Positions 7,931-17,316 of a stretch of 64,000 nucleotides of DNA are shown one piece after another. The DNA is from Deltaproteobacteria bacterium (GTDB lineage: Bacteria; Myxococcota; Kuafuiibacteriia; Kuafuiibacteriales; Kuafuiibacteriaceae). Location of the stretch: the NCBI GenBank assembly GCA_040218735.1, contig JAVJQW010000012.1, forward strand, positions 224,001 to 288,000. Reading direction: 5' to 3'. Both the position numbers and the translations under genes were made by a program. The number at the start of each line of letters is the position of its first letter. The stretch's first letter is position 1. The notes beneath the pieces were generated by a model. The model was not told the DNA's origin and ran no database searches. It worked only from the letters and a program-made list of their open reading frames with translations.

Positions 7931-8978
7931 GCGAAGCGACCTCCGCCACCTTCGGCGCCTCCACCGGCGCGCGACCGCCGACGAGGTGATCCACCACCGC
8001 CGTGTAGTCGCGCGCGCCGTGGCTGTCCGGCGCGTACTCGAAGATCGTCTTCTTGTGGCTCGGCGCTTCCTTCAGCCGCGCGTTCACCCGCACCGGCGGG
8101 AGTACCAACGCACCGAAGTGCCCGTTCAGCGCCTCCACGACCTGCCGCGAGATGCGGTTGCGGCTGTCGAAGAACGTGGGGAGCACCCCCGCGATCAACA
8201 CCGGGTGCAGCAGCGCGTTCTCCACGTGGTGCAGCGTGCGGAGGATCTGCTTCACGCCGACGAGCGCGAGGTAGTCACACGACACCGGCACCAGCACTTC
8301 ACTCGCCGCGTACAGCGCGTTCTGGTTGAGGATGGAGAGCGACGGCGCGCAGTCGAGGATGATGTCGTCGTACGCACCCATCACCGGGCGCAACGCTCGG
8401 CGCAGACGCTCCGCGCGATCCTTCGACTCCACCAACGACAGCTCCGCCACCGCGAGCGATTGATCCGAAGCGAGCAGGTCCAGATCGCGCCGCGCCGCGA
8501 CGATCGCCTCGCGCACCGGCCGGTCCTCGGCGAGCACGTGGTAGAGCGTGGTGTCCGAGCGAACGCCGAGCGAGATGCCGGAGTTCGCCTGCGCGTCGAG
8601 GTCGACCAACAACACCCGCCGCCCGCGACGCGCGAGCCCGGCCGCCACCGACACACTCGTCGTCGTCTTGCCGGTTCCGCCCTTCTGGTTGAGCACCGCG
8701 AGGACACGTGTCCGCTTCGTCGCGCGCTGCACTTCGGCGAGCGCGGCGGCGCGGCACAGCTCCGAGCAAACCAAGCGACGTTCGTCGCGCTTCGCGATCA
8801 CCTGGTAGGCGAACCGGACTTCGAAGGTGTTGCCGCAGTGGCTGCACGTCTTCGGCTTCGACGCCTCGAGCTCGGGCGTGCGGCATGCGAGCGAGCAGAA
8901 GAACCGATCCTGGTCGCGCTGGTAGGAGAAGCGCGGGGTGAACTGCGTATCGCAGACGCTGCAGCGAACCCGAGCCAC
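7923..8978 (-). CDS. ParA/Soj family ATPase with two N-terminal TRASH/FCS-like Cys4 fingers
   Basis: Deviant Walker A NQKGGTGKTTT, VDLDAQAN, DCAPS; N-terminal CSVC...FCSLAC and CSHC...VCSELC. Confidence 0.9.
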   Translation of the reverse strand: MARVRCSVCDTQFTPRFSYQRDQDRFFCSLACRTPELEASKPKTCSHCGNTFEVRFAYQVIAKRDERRLVCSELCRAAALAEVQRATKRTRVLAVLNQKGGTGKTTTSVSVAAGLARRGRRVLLVDLDAQANSGISLGVRSDTTLYHVLAEDRPVREAIVAARRDLDLLASDQSLAVAELSLVESKDRAERLRRALRPVMGAYDDIILDCAPSLSILNQNALYAASEVLVPVSCDYLALVGVKQILRTLHHVENALLHPVLIAGVLPTFFDSRNRISRQVVEALNGHFGALVLPPVRVNARLKEAPSHKKTIFEYAPDSHGARDYTAVVDHLVGGRAPVEAPKVAEVASHG

Positions 8979-9110
8979 CGCGATGAACGTAGCACGGCGA
9001 TCGATCGAGTCAACCCATCGAAAACGTTGGTGATCCAGCGCAGCGAAAAGCCGGATCAGATCGCGACGTTGCGCCCTTTTGAGGCCCGATGTGTTACCGC
9101 CAGCGCGACC

Positions 9111-10316
9111 ATGATCGCACCTCTGTCCGGCGTGAAGATCCTCGATCTGTCACGCGTGCTCTCCGGCCCGTTCGCCACCCAGCAGCTCATCGATCTCGGC
9201 GCCGAGGTCATCAAGATCGAGCACCCCAAACAGGGCGACGACACCCGACGCTTCGGACCGCCGTTCGTGAACGGCGAGTCGACGTACTTCATGAGCATCA
9301 ACCGCGGGAAACGGAGCGTCGCCGTCGACCTCAAGAGCGAAGCCGGTCAGCAGCTCGTCCTCGATCTCGCGATGTCCTGCGACGTCGTCATCGAGAACTT
9401 CCGCCCCGGCACCGCAGCGCGCCTCGGCCTCGGCGCCGAGACGCTGCGCGAGAAGAAACCGTCGATCATCACCTGCTCGATCAGCGGCTACGGCACCCGC
9501 GGCGATCCCGACTACGAAGGCCTGCCCGGCTACGACGCCGTGTTGCAGGCGGTCACCGGCCTCATGGCGCTCACCGGCGAACCGGAGGGTGGGCCTACGA
9601 AGGTCGGCGTCGCGATCTCCGACATGGTCGCGGGGCTGTACGCCGCGCAGGGCATCCTCGCCGCGCTCTTCGAACGCGCGACGACCGGCGTGGGACGGCA
9701 CGTCGAGATCTCGATGCAGGACGCGATCGCCTCGCTGCTCACGTACCAGGCCGGCATCTACTTCGCGACGAACGAGAACCCGGCGCGCATGGGCAACGCA
9801 CACCCGTCGATCTGCCCGTACGAAACGGTGCAGACGAAGGACGGCCGCTACGCGCTCGCGATCGGCAACGACGCGCAGTTCGAACGCCTCGCCGCGTTGA
9901 TGGGGCGCGCCGAGCTCGCGCAGGACGAACGCTTCACGACCAACCGCGCCCGCGTCGAGAACCGCGAAGCGCTCATGGCGATCCTCGACCCGATCTTCTT
10001 GGAGCGGACGCGAGGCGAGTGGGACGAAGCCCTCCGCGAAAAGGCCCTCCCCGGCGGCCCCGTCCTGGAGGTGAGCCAGGCGCTCGAGCACCCGCAGCTC
10101 GCGGCGCGCGGTTCCATTCTGGAACACGAGCACCCCACCGCCGGGAACGTCCGAACCGTGGCCAGCGCGCCCCGATTCGACCACGCGAAGCCGATCGGGG
10201 TCGGCCCGCCGCCCCGGCTCGGCGAACATACCCGGAGTGTGTTGAGCGACGTCCTAGGGAAGTCCGCAGCGGAGATCGAAGAACTCACGGCCGCCGGCAT
10301 CATTTTCGGCGGTTGA
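9111..10316 (+). CDS. CaiB/BaiF family (class III) CoA-transferase
   Basis: Start re-called at ATG 9111: PLSGVKILDLSRVLSGP, GAEVIKIEHP, NRGKRS, ENFRPG, GYD. Confidence 0.95.
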   Translation: MIAPLSGVKILDLSRVLSGPFATQQLIDLGAEVIKIEHPKQGDDTRRFGPPFVNGESTYFMSINRGKRSVAVDLKSEAGQQLVLDLAMSCDVVIENFRPGTAARLGLGAETLREKKPSIITCSISGYGTRGDPDYEGLPGYDAVLQAVTGLMALTGEPEGGPTKVGVAISDMVAGLYAAQGILAALFERATTGVGRHVEISMQDAIASLLTYQAGIYFATNENPARMGNAHPSICPYETVQTKDGRYALAIGNDAQFERLAALMGRAELAQDERFTTNRARVENREALMAILDPIFLERTRGEWDEALREKALPGGPVLEVSQALEHPQLAARGSILEHEHPTAGNVRTVASAPRFDHAKPIGVGPPPRLGEHTRSVLSDVLGKSAAEIEELTAAGIIFGG

Positions 10317-10329
10317 GCGTTCGACCCCC

Positions 10330-11541
10330 GTGTCCCGCTCCGCCCCACGCCTCGGTACGGTCGAGCTGATCGCGATGATCGCCGCGTTGATGTCCCTCAA
10401 CGCGCTGGCGATCGACGTGATGCTCCCGGCCCTCCCGGCGATGGGGAACGCGCTGGGCGTCTCCACCGAAAACGATCGCCAGCTCGTCATCGTGGCGTTC
10501 GTACTAGGTATGGGCACCGGACAGCTCTTCTTCGGCCCGCTCTCCGACGCGTTCGGCCGCAAGTCCGTCCTCGTGATCTCACTCGCGGGTTACGCGGTCT
10601 TCGGCGCGGCGTGTGCGTTCCCGGGGAGCTTCACGCAGCTCATCGCGTTCCGCGCACTTCAGGGGCTCTTCGCCGCCGGCGCGCGCGTGACGGCGCTGTC
10701 GGTCGTCCGCGACAAGGCGGCCGGCCCGAAGATGGCGCGCATCATGTCGTTCGTGATGGCGGTGTTCATGATCGTGCCGATCATCGCGCCGAGCCTCGGC
10801 TACGTGATCCTCAAGGGCTTCTCGTGGCGCGCGATCTTCTGGGCGCTCGTGCTGTTCGGCGTGTCGCTGTGTGTGTGGCTGCTGCTCCGCCTCCCGGAGA
10901 CGCTCCCCGAGGACCAGCGCCGCTCGATCCGCCCCAAGGCGATCCTGCGCGGCTACGTCGAGGTCGTGCGTCACCCGATCACCCGTTCGTACACCCTCGC
11001 GACCGGGCTCGTGTTCGGCGCGCTCTTCGCGTTCATCAGCAGCTCCGAGCAGATCTTCCGCTCCTTCGATCGCGTGGAGACCTTCCCGCTCTTCTTCGCG
11101 GGCGTCGCCAGCACGATGGCGATGGCGTCGGTGTTCAACGCCCGCTTCGTCGAACGCATCGGGACGCGGCGCCTCTCCCACGCGGCGCTCGGTACGTTCG
11201 TCGTGGTCCAGATCGTCTACGGCGGGCTCTACTTCTCCGGGTTCGAAGGGTTCTGGCCCTACTACCTCTGCACGGGCGCGAGCTTCTTCACGTTCAGCAT
11301 GATGGGCGCCAACTTCAACGCGATGGCGATGGAGCCCCTCGGGCACGTGGCGGGCACGGCCTCCGCGGCGCTGGGGTTCACGTCCACGACGATCTCCGGC
11401 GTGCTCGGCGGGCTCATCGCGGCGCGCTTCGACGGCACCCCGCTCCCGATCGTGTTGGGTTTCGGCGTCCTGGGCGTCGCGGCGATGTTGATCGTCACCT
11501 TCGGGCCCGGGCGACCGGCGATGGCCACCGTTACCAGTTGA
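10330..11541 (+). CDS. Bcr/CflA family multidrug efflux MFS transporter
   Basis: AIDVMLPALP, GPLSDAFGRK, PIIAPSLG, LPET; about 12 hydrophobic segments. Confidence 0.93.
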   Translation: MSRSAPRLGTVELIAMIAALMSLNALAIDVMLPALPAMGNALGVSTENDRQLVIVAFVLGMGTGQLFFGPLSDAFGRKSVLVISLAGYAVFGAACAFPGSFTQLIAFRALQGLFAAGARVTALSVVRDKAAGPKMARIMSFVMAVFMIVPIIAPSLGYVILKGFSWRAIFWALVLFGVSLCVWLLLRLPETLPEDQRRSIRPKAILRGYVEVVRHPITRSYTLATGLVFGALFAFISSSEQIFRSFDRVETFPLFFAGVASTMAMASVFNARFVERIGTRRLSHAALGTFVVVQIVYGGLYFSGFEGFWPYYLCTGASFFTFSMMGANFNAMAMEPLGHVAGTASAALGFTSTTISGVLGGLIAARFDGTPLPIVLGFGVLGVAAMLIVTFGPGRPAMATVTS

Positions 11542-11744
11542 CGCCGCCGCGCCGCTCTGTCAGTGGAGTGCTACGGCGATTGCTTCCTGCCGTCGGCGCG
11601 CGCCCACTGGCTCGCCGCCTACTTCAGAAGGCTCAGTTCTCCGAAGCGGCACCGATGCCGCCACGCCCGGTCGAGCGGTACGGCGACCGAGCCTTGACGT
11701 GCCCCCCGCGGGCGCACGGACCACTTGGAAAGAGGATCGATCAA

Positions 11745-12038
11745 ATGGAAAACAACAAGCTCTACGTCGGCAACATGTCGTGGAACACCGATGAAAACGG
11801 CCTTCGCGCCGCCTTCGAGGCCTTCGGGTCGGTCCAGGAGGTCGCGATCATCACGGACCGTGACACCGGCCGCCCGCGCGGGTTCGGGTTCGTCACCATG
11901 AGCTCCGACGCCGAGGCCAGCGAGGCCGTCAGCGGCATGGACGGGCAGCAGCTCGACGGACGTGCCCTTCGTGTGAACATTGCCGAATCCCGCCGCGGCG
12001 GCGGCGGCGGTGGTCGACGCGACCGCGAGCGCTGGTAG
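11745..12038 (+). CDS. RRM-type RNA-binding protein with Gly-rich tail
   Basis: Start ATG 11745 with SD AGAGGA; RNP2 KLYVGNM, RNP1 RGFGFVTM, DRDTGR, RGGGGGG tail. Confidence 0.95.
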   Translation: MENNKLYVGNMSWNTDENGLRAAFEAFGSVQEVAIITDRDTGRPRGFGFVTMSSDAEASEAVSGMDGQQLDGRALRVNIAESRRGGGGGGRRDRERW

Positions 12039-13191
12039 ACTCACCACCGGGCGGCCCACCATCAGTTCTCGAACGACACCGGTAGGTCGCCCGCGCTTCG
12101 CGCCGCGCTCTGCATTCCACCGGCAGCTCTTGCGCCGGGCCGACGAATATTTCGAAACGAATGCACTCAGCCGAGACGGCGGGCTTCGGCTCGCCGTCAA
12201 GGCGTTTGTCTTCCTCGGCTGGACGACGACCGCCTACCTGCTCCTCCTGTTGTGGAGCGAGCACTGGTGGACGACCGTCCCCCTCGCCATCTCCCTCGGC
12301 CTCGCGATGGCCGGCATCGGCTTCTCGGTGATGCACGACGCCAACCACGGCGCGTTCTCCACCTCGCGAACGCTGAACGGGATGATGCGCGCGACGCTCG
12401 ACGTGATCGGCGGCAGCTCCTACATCTGGCGCTTCAAACACAACGTCCTGCACCACACCTACGCCAACATCGACGGCGTCGACGACGACCTCGACGCGGG
12501 CGGTGTCCTCCGCCTCGCGCCCACGCAGCCGCGCCGCTGGTTCCACCGCGCGCAGCACCTCTACGAGCTCCCCGTCCTCGGGCTCCTCGCCGCGAAGTGG
12601 CACCTGCTCGACGACTGGATGTTCCTCGTGCGCGCGCGCATCGGCGAGACGCGCTTCCCGCGCCCGCGCGGTGCGGACCTCGCGCTGCTCCTCGCGGGGA
12701 AGGTCGTCTTCTTCACGTGGGCCGTCGCGATCCCGGTGTGGATGCACGGCCCGAAGCTCACGTTCCTCGTAGGCGCGATAACCTCCGTCGTCCTCGGGAT
12801 GACGCTCGGCATCGTGTTCCAGCTCGCGCACGTGTGCGGCGACGTGCTGCTCCTCGCTCCGCCCTCGGAGCGCGAGCGCTACCCCCTCGCGTGGGCGGAG
12901 CACCAGGTCGCGACGACCGTCGACTTCGCGACCGGTCACCGTGCCCTGTCCTGGTACGTCGGCGGTCTCAACTTCCAGGTCGAACATCACCTGTTCCCGA
13001 ACGTCAGCCACGTGCACTACCCCGCGCTCGCGCGGATCGTGCGTGAGACGTGCGCCGAGTTCTCGGTGCCGCTGCTCGAGCACGCCACGCTGAAGGATGC
13101 GCTCGCGGCGCACTTTCGACACGTCGCGGCGCTGGGCCGCCCGCGCGCGGGGCCCCCGGAGCCGGTCCCGGTTGGCGCGAGCCCCCGATGA
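12010..13191 (+). CDS. Membrane fatty acid (acyl-lipid/CoA) desaturase; start uncertain
   Basis: His boxes HDANH, HNVLHH, QVEHHLFP; no in-frame ATG before TM1, nearest GTG at 12010. Confidence 0.9.
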   Translation: MVDATASAGRLTTGRPTISSRTTPVGRPRFAPRSAFHRQLLRRADEYFETNALSRDGGLRLAVKAFVFLGWTTTAYLLLLLWSEHWWTTVPLAISLGLAMAGIGFSVMHDANHGAFSTSRTLNGMMRATLDVIGGSSYIWRFKHNVLHHTYANIDGVDDDLDAGGVLRLAPTQPRRWFHRAQHLYELPVLGLLAAKWHLLDDWMFLVRARIGETRFPRPRGADLALLLAGKVVFFTWAVAIPVWMHGPKLTFLVGAITSVVLGMTLGIVFQLAHVCGDVLLLAPPSERERYPLAWAEHQVATTVDFATGHRALSWYVGGLNFQVEHHLFPNVSHVHYPALARIVRETCAEFSVPLLEHATLKDALAAHFRHVAALGRPRAGPPEPVPVGASPR

Positions 13192-13208
13192 TGATGTAAC
13201 GCGGGTCG

Positions 13209-14024
13209 ATGGATCGGCCCTTCAACGAAGCGCTCCTCGAGCACCTCGGGTCGCGTTACCGCCTCGGCGATCGCACGGACGACGGGGTGGAGCTCAGGTA
13301 TCGGTTCGGCAAGGCGGAGTTTCGGCCGTCGCGGATCGTGATCGTCGAAGCGGGCGACCAGCGTGCGCTCGACCTTCGGATCGACGTGCGAGTCCCGGAG
13401 GGCCACGCCCTCGAAGAGGCCGACGCCCTCGTCGAGACGCTCGAGGAGAAGTCACTCACGCCGCGTGGGTTCGAACGCACGAGCAACGACGTGCAGGCGA
13501 TGACTTCGGAGTCCGGCAAGGCCGCGGGTCACGTGCGGACGATGACCTACCGCGCCCAGGCGACGACGCCCAAGGAGACCGGCGATCGCATCCGCGCAAT
13601 CGTCGAGACGCTCGACATCCCGATCGTCGTCGGCATCCACGAGCCGGGTGACGTCGTCGCGAAGAAGCCGCTGCCTCCGCCCAAGAAGAAGGGCGCGAGC
13701 ATGCCGCACGACCCGATGGAGGTGTGGACGTACACCCTCGCGGGCGGCGTCATGCGATCGCTGAACGTGGTGATCGATCCGAACGTGCGAACGCTGGAGG
13801 TCGTCGAGCGGAAGCTGCTGTCGAAGAAGCAGCTCGGCGAGACGCTGAAGCTCGCGCACGTCGCGAAGTTCCTCGTCGCGGATGACGGCAACGAAGTGAA
13901 GCTCTACGCGGAGAAGCGCGAGGGCGATCGTGTGTTGCTCGCGGAGGGGCTCTCGGACGCCGAGTTCACCGCGACCGCGAAGCGGATGGCCGACAAGGTC
14001 TTCATCACGATCGAAGCAGTCTGA
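13209..14024 (+). CDS. Hypothetical protein (two domains joined by a Pro/Lys linker)
   Basis: Coding-like codon usage, fills the gap, linker KKPLPPPKKK; no recognisable motif. Confidence 0.7.
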   Translation: MDRPFNEALLEHLGSRYRLGDRTDDGVELRYRFGKAEFRPSRIVIVEAGDQRALDLRIDVRVPEGHALEEADALVETLEEKSLTPRGFERTSNDVQAMTSESGKAAGHVRTMTYRAQATTPKETGDRIRAIVETLDIPIVVGIHEPGDVVAKKPLPPPKKKGASMPHDPMEVWTYTLAGGVMRSLNVVIDPNVRTLEVVERKLLSKKQLGETLKLAHVAKFLVADDGNEVKLYAEKREGDRVLLAEGLSDAEFTATAKRMADKVFITIEAV

Positions 14025-14037
14025 AAGGAGACAGCAC

Positions 14038-15063
14038 ATGGAGTATCGCAACCTGGGCCGCTCGGGCCTGAAGGTGTCGTCGTTGTGCCTCGGCACGATG
14101 ACGTTCGGTGAGGCGAACGAAAACTCGTTCATGCACGAGGTGGGATGCACGAAGGAGGAGTCGTTCGAGATCATGAACCGCGCGCTCGACGCGGGGATCA
14201 ACTTCTTCGACACCGCCGACGTCTACGGACAGGACGGCCTGACGGAGCGGGTGATCGGCGAGTGGTTCGAGAAGGACAAACGCCGCGACGACGTCGTGCT
14301 CGCGACGAAGTTCCGCTTCCGCATGGGTCAGGACGCCAACGGCACGGGTGCGTCGCGCTACCGGATCCGCAAGACGGTGGAGGACTCGCTCCGGCGCCTG
14401 AAGACGGATCGCATCGACCTGTACCAAATCCACATGCAGGACATCGACACGCCGGAAGACGAGACGCTGCGTGCGCTCGACGACCTCGTGCGCCAGGGCA
14501 AGGTGCTCTACATCGGCGCGAGCAACTACGCGGCGTATCGTCTGGTCGACGCGATGTGGACCAGCGAGCGCGACCGCCTCGAGCGGTTCGTCTCGCTGCA
14601 GGCGCAGTACTCACTCATCGTGCGTGAGTTGGAGCGCGAGCACGTCCCGGCGTGTGCGAAGCACGGCCTGTCGATCATCCCGTGGTCCCCGCTCGCGGGT
14701 GGGTTCCTCACCGGCAAGTACCAGAAGGACGCCAAGCCCCCGGAGGGATCGCGGCTCGACAAGTGGAAGGACCGCTACGCGCGCTTCGACAGCCCGCGCA
14801 ACTGGCGCGTGATGGACGCCGTCAACGCCGTCGCGAAGGAGACCGGCGCGTCCGCGGCGCAGGTGTCGCTGGCGTGGCTGCTTCGAAAGCCGACGGTCGC
14901 GTCGGTGATCTTCGGCGCGCGCTCCGTCGCGCAGCTCGACGACAACCTGAAGGCCGCGGCATTGGAGTTGGCGGACGGGATGGTGAAGCAGCTCGACGAC
15001 GCGAGCGCGCTCGAGCTCGGCTACCCGTACGACTTCATGAACAACATCCAGAAGCGCTGGTGA
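14038..15063 (+). CDS. Aldo/keto reductase
   Basis: Start ATG 14038 with SD AAAGGAG; MEYRNLGRSGLKVS, GINFFDTADVYG, SLRRLKTDRIDLYQIH, WSPLAGG. Confidence 0.95.
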   Translation: MEYRNLGRSGLKVSSLCLGTMTFGEANENSFMHEVGCTKEESFEIMNRALDAGINFFDTADVYGQDGLTERVIGEWFEKDKRRDDVVLATKFRFRMGQDANGTGASRYRIRKTVEDSLRRLKTDRIDLYQIHMQDIDTPEDETLRALDDLVRQGKVLYIGASNYAAYRLVDAMWTSERDRLERFVSLQAQYSLIVRELEREHVPACAKHGLSIIPWSPLAGGFLTGKYQKDAKPPEGSRLDKWKDRYARFDSPRNWRVMDAVNAVAKETGASAAQVSLAWLLRKPTVASVIFGARSVAQLDDNLKAAALELADGMVKQLDDASALELGYPYDFMNNIQKRW

Positions 15064-15072
15064 CCCGGAAGC

Positions 15073-16920
15073 TCACTCGACGAGCGCCCCGTAGTAGACC
15101 GCCGGGTCGACCGGCCGCCCCATCTCCCGCACCTCGAAGTGCAGGTGCGGGCCGGTGCTGACGCCCGTGTTCCCCACCGCACCGATCCGCTCGCCCGCTT
15201 TGACACACTGACCGACTTCCACGTCCACGGCGTCGAGGTGGTAATAGCGCGTCTGCACGCGACCGTGTTGCAGGACGACGTAGCGGCCGCGCGCGTCGGT
15301 GCCGGCGGCGTCGACGCTCCGCACGACGCCGGGGAGCGGCGCGTGGACCGCGGTACCGAGCGCGTGCCGGACGTCGATGCCCTGGTGGTCGTAGGGCTCC
15401 TTTCGGATCGGGTGGGTTCTCGGCCCGAAGCCGAGCCGGACGTCGTCCAGCGCGACCGGTGCCTTCATCTGCTCGCGCAGCCGCGCGCGGGTGCGTTCGA
15501 GGAGCCGCGACAACGTGGGCGACGTCGGCTGCTTGCGCTCGGACCACAGCGCCATCACCTGCTCGGCGTAGCGGACGCTCTCGTCGGGGAGCGGTCGGTG
15601 GCGATCGACGTGGGCCTGCACCTGCTCCGGCCCCGCGTTGTACGCGGTGACCGCGAGGCGGAGCTCGCCGAACCGGTCGAGCTGCTGCGCGAGGTACCAG
15701 GCGCCGAAGTCGACGTTGAGCTCCGGGTCGTAGATCGATGCGTCCGGCGCATCGAGCCCGCGCGCCTCGGCGATCCGCCGCGCCGTCTGCGGCATGATCT
15801 GCATGAGCCCCGCGGCCCCCGCCGGGCTCTCCGCGTCCGGGTCGCCGCCCGACTCGATCAACATCATCGCCGCGACGAGATCGGCGTCGACGCCGTGCCG
15901 CTCCGCGGCCCGCAGGACGACCTCGGCGTGCTGGCTCACATCGGGCGGGAGCCACGCGGCGAGGAGCGCCCGGTTCGCGGCTTTTGCTCCGACCCCCGTG
16001 GCCAGCGCAGCGACGATGGTCACCAACACGACCAAGCCGCCGAGCGCCGACGGCCCGGGGCGCGACGCGGGCGCGGTCGGCTGAAGGATGCGTAGGATTC
16101 GTTTCTTCAAGGGACCTCCGGATGCGCCCAGGGCGAGCGCGGGGACTGCGCCGCGGAGTTGCTCGAGCTCGACCAACGCTCGGGCGTAACCGAGTCGATC
16201 CTCGAGCAAGTGGGCAGCGTCGTCGTCGCAGCAGTATTCACGTTCGACGCGCATCCGATGGGAGAGCCACCAGACCGCAGGGTGATAGAACAACAGCGCC
16301 TCCACCACCGATTGGAGGAGGTTCACGAGGTAGTCGTGCCGGCGGACGTGCATGAGCTCGTGCGCGAGCAAGGCTTCGACGCAGTCCAAGGAGACGCCGC
16401 TCGCCAGCGACAGCGGGACGAGCACGATGGGGCGCAAGGCTCCGACCACCATCGGGACGTCCGCGACTCGCGACGCTCGAACTTCGATCCGCCTCGTGAT
16501 CCCCGCGAGCGAGACGAGGCGATCACAGACGTCGAGCCACACGCGCGCGACGGTCGCCTCTGCGCTCGCGACGCCGCGACGCAACCGCAGCCACGACGCC
16601 CCGAGGCGGAGCAACATCAGCGCCGCGCCACCACACCACCCGACGACGATCCACGACGACGGCGATAGCGCGGCGGGCGCGCCCAGCGCCGTGGATCCGA
16701 CGGCGTGACTCGAAGCGAGCCCGTACCAGGTGACGACGAGGCACACGGGGAGCGCGAAGAACCCCGCCGTGGCCAAGGCGTACCGCAGACGTGGTCGGTG
16801 CGACCCGGCGAGCGCGTGGAGCGCGGCGTGGACGACGACGATGAACGCGCCCTGCCCGAGGAGGTACACGAGCGCCTCCGCGAGGGCGACCGACCAGCGC
16901 GAGACGAGCAGCTCAGTCAT
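15073..16920 (-). CDS. BlaR1/MecR1-like peptidase M56 fused to SLT lytic transglycosylase and peptidase M23 domains
   Basis: AHELMHVRRHD, EREYCCDD (M56); IESGG, AAGLMQIMP, AYNAG (SLT); HQGID, YYHL, GPHLHFE (M23). Confidence 0.9.
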   Translation of the reverse strand: MTELLVSRWSVALAEALVYLLGQGAFIVVVHAALHALAGSHRPRLRYALATAGFFALPVCLVVTWYGLASSHAVGSTALGAPAALSPSSWIVVGWCGGAALMLLRLGASWLRLRRGVASAEATVARVWLDVCDRLVSLAGITRRIEVRASRVADVPMVVGALRPIVLVPLSLASGVSLDCVEALLAHELMHVRRHDYLVNLLQSVVEALLFYHPAVWWLSHRMRVEREYCCDDDAAHLLEDRLGYARALVELEQLRGAVPALALGASGGPLKKRILRILQPTAPASRPGPSALGGLVVLVTIVAALATGVGAKAANRALLAAWLPPDVSQHAEVVLRAAERHGVDADLVAAMMLIESGGDPDAESPAGAAGLMQIMPQTARRIAEARGLDAPDASIYDPELNVDFGAWYLAQQLDRFGELRLAVTAYNAGPEQVQAHVDRHRPLPDESVRYAEQVMALWSERKQPTSPTLSRLLERTRARLREQMKAPVALDDVRLGFGPRTHPIRKEPYDHQGIDVRHALGTAVHAPLPGVVRSVDAAGTDARGRYVVLQHGRVQTRYYHLDAVDVEVGQCVKAGERIGAVGNTGVSTGPHLHFEVREMGRPVDPAVYYGALVE

Positions 16921-17302
16921 CGCCCTGCTCCGCCTTGAGCTTCTCGATCATCGTCTCCAGCTCTTCGAGCTCCTCGCGCGACGCACGCTTCGTCGAGAGC
17001 GCGCGCATCGCGAGCTGCGCCGCGGAGCCTTCGAACGCCGCGTCCACGAGCTTCTTCACGAGGTTCTTCTGCGTGCGCGCCGCAGGACGAGTCGGACGGA
17101 AGATGTAGCTGCGCTGGGACGTGTCGCGACGGAGCAGCCCCTTCTGCGTCATGACCTGCATCAGCTTGAGCGTCGTGGTGTAGGCGGTGCTCTGCTCGGC
17201 GGCGAGCGCGTCGTGCACCTGACGCACGGTGCTGGGCCCCTCGCGCCAGAGCACGGCGAGGATCGCCAGCTCGGCGTCCGTCGGCATCGGAACGTTCCCC
17301 AT
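16913..17302 (-). CDS. BlaI/MecI/CopY family repressor
   Basis: PTDAELAILAVLW, STVRQVH, AYTTTLKLMQVMTQKG, FEGSAAQL; overlaps the M56 gene start by 8 nt. Confidence 0.93.
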   Translation of the reverse strand: MGNVPMPTDAELAILAVLWREGPSTVRQVHDALAAEQSTAYTTTLKLMQVMTQKGLLRRDTSQRSYIFRPTRPAARTQKNLVKKLVDAAFEGSAAQLAMRALSTKRASREELEELETMIEKLKAEQGDD

Positions 17303-17316
17303 GGCTCGCATCAATA

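Noticed and set aside
7929-9110. Apparent N-terminal extension of the CoA-transferase (795-aa ORF); similar extensions on the ORFs starting at 10611, 16730, 35635 and 41960
   Set aside because: The extensions overlap other real genes; family motifs begin at the re-called starts
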